Assembly (NCBI GenBank): GCA_963777605.1
Contig: CAVZRV010000007.1
Span: forward strand, 448,001-512,000
Origin: an uncultured Acidobacteriota bacterium
GTDB lineage: Bacteria; Acidobacteriota; UBA6911; RPQK01; JAPXNP01
Direction: 5' to 3'
Length of the DNA: 64,000 nt
A program made the translations under genes and the position numbers. Shown here one piece after another: positions 59,001 through 64,000 of this stretch (positions within the stretch are counted from its first letter, which is position 1; every line of letters starts with the position of its first letter). The notes below the pieces were generated by a model. The model did not search any database, had not been told where the DNA came from, and saw only the letters and a program-made list of their open reading frames with translations.

Positions 59001-59594
59001 ATCCACAATCCCGCCTCGAAACGAGAATTCCCCCACTTCGCTGACAGGATCCTCCCGGAGATAGCCGATCGATCTCAGAGTGAGGATCAAACCATCACGG
59101 GAGATCGCGTCTCCGATTGAAAGTGTCACGCACCGACTCCGGAACTGCTCGGGAGTAACGGCCCGCATCATCAGGGCGGTTATCGGGACCACCAGAATCC
59201 CGTTGAACCCGGCCGAGAGCCTGGCCAGCGCCACGGCGCGACGAGTCGCTATATCCGGATGCGGAGAGAGGCCCCGGTACGGGTCAACCTCAGGCCCCGG
59301 GAGTACCAGCACATCCCGGCGGCGCTCCTCGGGAAGAAAGAACGCAAGGTCAAGTGCAAGTTCTTCGGCGGACTGGTTCTCGGTTGTCACCCAAACCAGG
59401 GGACTCCGGTGCTTCAGGAAGTAAAAGGAAAAAACGAAGGCCGCATCGGCCTGGGAAAGACCTTCCAGCGACCTGGATTCGGCGAGTTTTCGGGAGATAG
59501 CCTGGCCGAGTTCCTGAGACTTGCGAATCTCAGACCACTCGGCTGCCTTGCCGGATCCTGCCGATGATGCCGCTGGTGGAATAGCCTCGCTCAA
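56076..59594 (-). CDS. mfd: Transcription-repair coupling factor
   Basis: [50 protein letters not shown]; exact start uncertain. Confidence 0.98.
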   Translation of the reverse strand: MSEAIPPAASSAGSGKAAEWSEIRKSQELGQAISRKLAESRSLEGLSQADAAFVFSFYFLKHRSPLVWVTTENQSAEELALDLAFFLPEERRRDVLVLPGPEVDPYRGLSPHPDIATRRAVALARLSAGFNGILVVPITALMMRAVTPEQFRSRCVTLSIGDAISRDGLILTLRSIGYLREDPVSEVGEFSFRGGIVDVYSPSYDTPVRVEFFGDEVESIRKFDPATQRSVGLIRDCEIVPMREMCPSREQVEEWHRTAPEHWNEVRFAEQLSDLRQFTENGELFNGFEFLFPLVSPLTSGILDFLHSDSGVPRLILNEPDELESIVKQVWTKAQESHQDCDLEGTLSLPPETFYFSVGELKQMLDPLRPFQVEKLATHGRETERFDFRPLLPFKGKVQEVLDEVERARLSGRQVVFVMRSKGMMERLAEIFREYEIGIAQVPRGFHASLAHPVAVTTGRLVAGFSSHALGLQVITEPEVFGKTEESRRTDGPRFADQMGAFISDFRDLHDGDFVVHLDHGIGAFRGLKQIGVGAQTGEFVILEYAGGGRLYVPVDRLDLIQKYSSAGGAKPQVDRLGGTSWKKTKARIKKSMQDLAEDLLKLYAKREVSEGHAYAPDDELVREFEAAFEYQETPDQATAIASCKKDMESSRPMDRLICGDVGYGKTEVAMRAALKAVNDGKQVAVLTPTTVLAFQHFATFRDRFKGFPVRIEMLSRFLGRQEQKEVAEKVELGMADILIGTHRLLSRDVKFNDLGLIVVDEEQRFGVAQKERLKKLKAHVDVLTLSATPIPRTLNMSLVGIRDLSIIETAPKDRLAIQTVVVKFSGQIIRSAIDLELKRSGQVFFLHNSVETIESMAQTIHRYVPEARIAVAHGQMPDESLEKVMLNFLNHKSDVLVCTTIIENGLDIPRANTIIVNRADRFGLSQLYQLRGRVGRSSRRAYAYLLVSDEDRLTEDARKRLAAIKEFSDLGSGFRLAAMDLEIRGAGNLLGGEQSGHIEAVGFELYMKLLEQTIRELKGEPTGEELHTAVDLRMDIQIPEYYIEDSNTRLWLYKRLSQINDETRLQSLREETLDRFGKYPKAVANLFEYARLRIIAQSLKLTAIERKGDKLRFKFREDTPVSPDTVIRLVGSDSSLNFSTDGALVASINGAVPSALFEKAFGILSALTDEQ

Positions 59595-60024
59595 ATTCGA
59601 TTGTCACCACTTGACCGCCCCGACGTTCGACTATGTCCCGTCCCACGATTTGCTCCTTGGGCCAGTCTCCGCCTTTGGCCAGCACATCGGGCTGCAGTCG
59701 TTCTATGATCTGGAAGGGCGTTTCTTCACTAAACAGGATCGCATAATCAACACAGTGGAGCCCCGCAACCATCTCTACGCGGTCACGCTCTCCGATAATC
59801 GGGCGCTCGTCACCTTTGATGCCCCGCACCGATGCGTCGGAGTTCACCGCGACTATAAGAATATCACCCAAATGCCGGGCCGCCTCCAGGTAGCGAAGGT
59901 GTCCGACGTGGAGGATGTCGAAACAGCCGTTCGTAAACACCACTTTCTGTCCAGCATCCGTCAACCGTCGGCGGATTTCGACCAGTTCTGCACCCGATTT
60001 CACTTTGTCTCGCCCCAGTTTCAT
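59530..60024 (-). CDS. rfaE2: D-glycero-beta-D-manno-heptose 1-phosphate adenylyltransferase
   Basis: VFTNGCFDILHVGH, NSDASV..IKG..RP, KGGDW, GYSTS. Confidence 0.95.
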   Translation of the reverse strand: MKLGRDKVKSGAELVEIRRRLTDAGQKVVFTNGCFDILHVGHLRYLEAARHLGDILIVAVNSDASVRGIKGDERPIIGERDRVEMVAGLHCVDYAILFSEETPFQIIERLQPDVLAKGGDWPKEQIVGRDIVERRGGQVVTIEFERGYSTSGIIGRIRQGSRVV

Positions 60025-60041
60025 TGTGTCCTTCCCTGGAA

Positions 60042-60980
60042 TCAGCGGTTGGCCGGATAGCTGATTTTCACTCTCGGGGGATCTACGGACTCTACCCGAA
60101 GCAGGCTCTGGTACTCCTCCGGGATTGCGACACTCAGAGGCAATTCCACCGCCTCTTCCATGTCCTCACTTGGGACCGTGGCGTAAGCGTAAAAACCACG
60201 CATTTCGACTTTGGTCGTGTTGGAGATCGGCACCGAGAACACTGCCTCGGCGCTCCGCAGCGAGGTCTTGGCTCGCGTCCCTTCGGGAAGGAGGCGGACC
60301 GGAAGCTTGGCCGAAATGTTCCGCCGCTGCTCTTCGATCATGACAAAAACGTCCACTGATGAGGCATTCTGGATCTGGAGGCGGGGATCCTCAAGATCGA
60401 GGTACACCTTTTGCCGGAACCCCTGGGATCGACCACTGACATCGATCGGCTCCGTGGCAGCGGTGGTGATGCGCTCCAATTTCGATTCCGGGCCGCTGAC
60501 CAGAACCTCGCTGGGGATAACACGGACTTCCCGAACCTGGTAGCCCTCCGCGGGCTGTCCCACGACCTCCGGCTGCACACGAACCGTCTTGCGACGAATG
60601 CGCTCGAACTCGAGCCGGATTCTTCGCTGCTCAATTCCTTCGATCTGGACTCTACTCGGGACGTTACGAATGTTGCGCTCCGTGATCGGAACCACCGACG
60701 ATCCAGGTTCGGCCGAACTGAGGTCGATGACCGCCGCCAGCTGCCGCTCATCCATCCGCAATGAACTGGGACGGGATATCACGACGTTGACTTCGCGAGG
60801 ATAGTCGTTTGTGATTTCCAGCCCCACCGGCATGTTAATGAACTCGACCGGCACTGCCACCGACCGCTGAACCCGCTGCTGGCCGGCAATCTGGACCCAA
60901 AGCAGGAATGCCAGCAGAAACGCAATCACCTTGAGGGTGATGTTGTCCAAAACCAGGCTTCGCAGGTAACGCAGGTTCAT
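60042..60980 (-). CDS. cdaR: CdaR (YbbR-like) regulator of diadenylate cyclase
   Basis: N..LKVIAFLLAFLLW TM; G.PAEGY...V.PSEV.VSGP YbbR repeat; follows cdaA. Confidence 0.9.
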   Translation of the reverse strand: MNLRYLRSLVLDNITLKVIAFLLAFLLWVQIAGQQRVQRSVAVPVEFINMPVGLEITNDYPREVNVVISRPSSLRMDERQLAAVIDLSSAEPGSSVVPITERNIRNVPSRVQIEGIEQRRIRLEFERIRRKTVRVQPEVVGQPAEGYQVREVRVIPSEVLVSGPESKLERITTAATEPIDVSGRSQGFRQKVYLDLEDPRLQIQNASSVDVFVMIEEQRRNISAKLPVRLLPEGTRAKTSLRSAEAVFSVPISNTTKVEMRGFYAYATVPSEDMEEAVELPLSVAIPEEYQSLLRVESVDPPRVKISYPANR

Positions 60981-61801
60981 ACCGGCGCACCTCTCTGACC
61001 ACGGGGCTCCGAAGAGGACGCCCGGGTTCTCGCAGCCTTCGATCCCTCCATCACCGCGTTCAAATACTCCAGGAGCCGGGGTCCGTCAAGACCTCTCGTC
61101 AACTCACCCTCGACCACAGCCGAAATGGTACCGGTCTCTTCCGAAACGACCACTGCAACAGCATCGGTCTCTTCCGTGATGCCGATTGCGGCCCGGTGCC
61201 GCGTGCCCAATTCCTTACTGAGGTAGGGATCCAGGGTAAGCGGCAGGAAACAGCCGGCAGCACTGATCCGGTTGCCCTGTATGATCACGGACCCGTCGTG
61301 AAGCGAACTGCTCGGGATGAAGATGGTTACGAGCAGGTCGTAGGTCATGTATGCATCCAGTTTGATGCCACTTTCGACGTAATTGCGCAGCCCGATTTCC
61401 CTCTCGATTACGATCAGCCCACCAATCTTCTGGGCGGACAGGGTCGTCGCAGCCAGCACGATCTCGTCAAAGATGCTCCGGTCCTTGTTGCGGCCGATCC
61501 GCGAGAAAAACTTGCCGCGACCAAGCTTGGCCAACCCCCTCCTGATCTCGGATTGGAAAATGACAATCAACGCAAACACGAAGTACGTGAAGAAGTTCGC
61601 CAGGATCCACTCGATCGTGCGGAACTCGAAGAAACGGGCCAGGTAATAGATCAGGGCAACCGCAGTGATCCCCACGGTCATCTGCGATCCGCGGGTTCCC
61701 TTGATGAGGAGGAGAAACTGGTAGATGAGGGCCGCAACCAGGACGATCTCAAAGACATCCCGGACACCAAGCCTCGAAAACGCCGCGATTAATTCTTGCA
61801 T
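60977..61801 (-). CDS. cdaA: Membrane-bound diadenylate cyclase
   Basis: 3 TM helices; IFQSEIRR.L; LHDGS; LGTRHRAAIG; VVSEETG.IS. Confidence 0.95.
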   Translation of the reverse strand: MQELIAAFSRLGVRDVFEIVLVAALIYQFLLLIKGTRGSQMTVGITAVALIYYLARFFEFRTIEWILANFFTYFVFALIVIFQSEIRRGLAKLGRGKFFSRIGRNKDRSIFDEIVLAATTLSAQKIGGLIVIEREIGLRNYVESGIKLDAYMTYDLLVTIFIPSSSLHDGSVIIQGNRISAAGCFLPLTLDPYLSKELGTRHRAAIGITEETDAVAVVVSEETGTISAVVEGELTRGLDGPRLLEYLNAVMEGSKAARTRASSSEPRGQRGAPV

Positions 61802-61804
61802 TGA

Positions 61805-62665
61805 CTACGGTTCGAACTGTTCCGCGAGAATCGCGTCCACTACATCGGAAATCTGTCTTACCGGGCCGACATCGTGAACGCGCAAGACGTGTGCGCCTCT
61901 CAAGATGGCGGCGGAGCAGGCCGCCGCCGTACCCATCGCACGATCCTGAACCGGCCGGTTCAGGATCGTGCCAAGAAAGCTCTTCCTCGACGGACCAACC
62001 AGGACAGGCAGATCAAATTCGTCCAAAAAGGACAAGCGATTCAGCAGAACCAGATTGTCCTGCGCTGTCTTGCCAAAGCCAATCCCGGGGTCGAGCAAGA
62101 TTCTATCACGCAGTATCCCCCATTTGAACGCCTCGGACACTGCCGCACGGGACCCTTCCACGACCTCTGCAATGATGTCTTCTGACGGAGGCAGGGTCTG
62201 CATCGTGGCAGGCGTACCCCGCATGTGCATGAGCACCAGGCCGGCTTTCTCCCGCCTCGCCACGCCGCCCATTTCCGGGTCGAACCGGAGGCTGCTGATG
62301 TCGTTGACGATGTCAGCCCCAGCCCGGATAGCGGCCCGGGCAACTCCCGACTTCCAGGTATCCACCGAAATCGGCAGTCTGGTTTCGAGACGAATCCGCT
62401 CGATGACCGGCACCACACGATCGATTTCTTCCTGCTCCGAGATCGGGTCCGCTCCAGGACGACTCGACTCCCCGCCGATATCGAGAATGTCGGCACCTTC
62501 CTCGAGCAACCGAAGACCGTGTGCGACCGCGACCGCAGGCACTTCAAAGTGCCCCCCGTCGGAAAACGAATCGGGGGTGACGTTTACGATGCCCATCAGA
62601 CAGGTACGACGGCCAAGAGCCAGTTCCTTGTCCCGGGCACGAAAGACAAAAGACCGACGACTCAT
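61805..62665 (-). CDS. folP: Dihydropteroate synthase
   Basis: MGIVNVTPDSFSDGG, IGGESSRPG, DPGIGFGK, SRKSF, RVHDV. Confidence 0.97.
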   Translation of the reverse strand: MSRRSFVFRARDKELALGRRTCLMGIVNVTPDSFSDGGHFEVPAVAVAHGLRLLEEGADILDIGGESSRPGADPISEQEEIDRVVPVIERIRLETRLPISVDTWKSGVARAAIRAGADIVNDISSLRFDPEMGGVARREKAGLVLMHMRGTPATMQTLPPSEDIIAEVVEGSRAAVSEAFKWGILRDRILLDPGIGFGKTAQDNLVLLNRLSFLDEFDLPVLVGPSRKSFLGTILNRPVQDRAMGTAAACSAAILRGAHVLRVHDVGPVRQISDVVDAILAEQFEP

Positions 62666-62710
62666 CTACCCCCTCGGATCTGCCCGGACCCAGGGTCTCA
62701 GTCACCTCGG

Positions 62711-64000
62711 CTAGGCAGTCGCCGGACGTTCGTTCGGCTTCACCAGCGGCGGAATCTTCTCTTCGGACGAAACTTCTACTCCCGGCTTCGAACCCTGGTC
62801 GGTAGTCTCCTCCGGAGTGCCGTTATCCTGCCGGATTTCCTGACCCTTCATGAGCTGGTCTATCTCTCCGAATTCCAGCGATTCGTACTCGAGCAGCGCT
62901 TCGGCGAGCCGTTTCAGCCGCTCCCGGTTTTGCTCCAGGATCGACTTGGCCCGCTCGTAACCCTTGAGAACGAACCGCTTGACTTCGTCGTCGATCTTGA
63001 TCGCGGTACTCTCCGAGTAATCCTGGTGACGTGAAATTTCCCGCCCCAGGAAGATCTGCTCTTCCCGCTTGCCGAAAGTCAGCGGGCCCAGTTCGGGGCT
63101 CATGCCCCACTCGCAGACCATCCGACGAGCCAACTCGGTCACCCGCTCGAGGTCGTTCGAGGCCCCGGTCGTCATGCTGTCGAGAAACATCTCTTCGGCG
63201 ATTCTTCCAGCCAGAAGAATGGTAACGTTCGCCTCCATGTACTCCCGGGTGTAGTTGTACTTGTCCTCTTCGGGAAGCTGCATGGTGACCCCAAGGGCCC
63301 GTCCGCGCGGAATGATCGTCACTTTGTGCAGAGGATCGGACTCGGGAAGCAGGTAAGCCACCAGGGCATGACCCGCCTCGTGATACGCGGTGTTCCGTTT
63401 CTCTTTTTCGTTCATCACCATGGACCGGCGCTCCTTGCCCATCAGCACCTTGTCCTTGGCTTCCTCGAAGTCGGCCATCGAGACGGCCTTGCGCTCCCGG
63501 CGAGCCGCAATCAGGGCGGCTTCGTTGACCATGTTGGCCAGCTGGGCTCCCGAGAATCCGGGTGTGCCCCGCGCCAGCACCGAAACATCAACATTGTCGG
63601 AAAGCGGAATCTTGCGCACGTGTACCCTGAGAATACCCTCGCGCCCCTTAATGTCGGGCAGGGAAACGATTACCTGGCGATCGAAACGACCTGGCCTCAG
63701 AAGAGCCGGATCGAGTACGTCGGGACGGTTGGTTGCAGCAATAAGGATCACGCCTTCATTTGACTCAAACCCATCCATTTCAACCAGCAACTGGTTCAGC
63801 GTCTGCTCGCGCTCGTCATGACCGCCGCCCAGGCCGGCTCCACGGTGACGGCCCACCGCGTCGATCTCATCAATGAAGATGATGCAGGGTGCATTCTTTT
63901 TGCCCTGTTCGAATAGATCCCGGACCCGGCTGGCTCCGACTCCGACGAACATTTCGACAAAGTCCGATCCGCTGATGCTGAAGAAAGGCACGTTGGCCTC
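62711..64000 (-). CDS. ftsH: ATP-dependent zinc metalloprotease FtsH (5' partial)
   Basis: [11 protein letters not shown] Walker [28 protein letters not shown]. Confidence 0.98.
   Translation of the reverse strand, partial: EANVPFFSISGSDFVEMFVGVGASRVRDLFEQGKKNAPCIIFIDEIDAVGRHRGAGLGGGHDEREQTLNQLLVEMDGFESNEGVILIAATNRPDVLDPALLRPGRFDRQVIVSLPDIKGREGILRVHVRKIPLSDNVDVSVLARGTPGFSGAQLANMVNEAALIAARRERKAVSMADFEEAKDKVLMGKERRSMVMNEKEKRNTAYHEAGHALVAYLLPESDPLHKVTIIPRGRALGVTMQLPEEDKYNYTREYMEANVTILLAGRIAEEMFLDSMTTGASNDLERVTELARRMVCEWGMSPELGPLTFGKREEQIFLGREISRHQDYSESTAIKIDDEVKRFVLKGYERAKSILEQNRERLKRLAEALLEYESLEFGEIDQLMKGQEIRQDNGTPEETTDQGSKPGVEVSSEEKIPPLVKPNERPATA

Overview
A GC-rich bacterial chromosomal window. 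The gene content and a recurring C-terminal module on secreted proteins suggest Acidobacteriota (inference). It holds about 60 protein-coding genes, and I recognised no rRNA, tRNA, CRISPR array or intact transposase. Housekeeping and metabolic genes include etfBA, a sulfatase, modA, corA, pfkA, efp, a GH3 glycosidase, M16/M28/M48 peptidases, three PPIases and an ftsH-folP-cdaA-cdaR-rfaE2-mfd-ppiC/surA run. Envelope loci: (i) a four-gene operon encoding a helical lipoprotein, two active YkuD-family L,D-transpeptidase-like enzymes and an apparently Cys-less YkuD-like protein, a candidate undescribed outer-membrane/peptidoglycan tethering system; (ii) an ACP/adenylation/acyltransferase/GT-C cluster; (iii) a wzt/acyltransferase/PhyH-like/DegT/GT2 cluster. 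A ~0.95 kb non-coding region (30.1-31.07 kb) is an array of 65-bp direct repeats whose spacers each carry a different palindromic REP/MITE-like element. Other features of note are an orphan ParA with a small partner, a Crp/Fnr-ywiC module with a matching binding box, several enzyme homologues with substituted catalytic residues, and two single-base frameshifts that may be sequencing errors. All family assignments come from motif recognition by eye; no database search was run.
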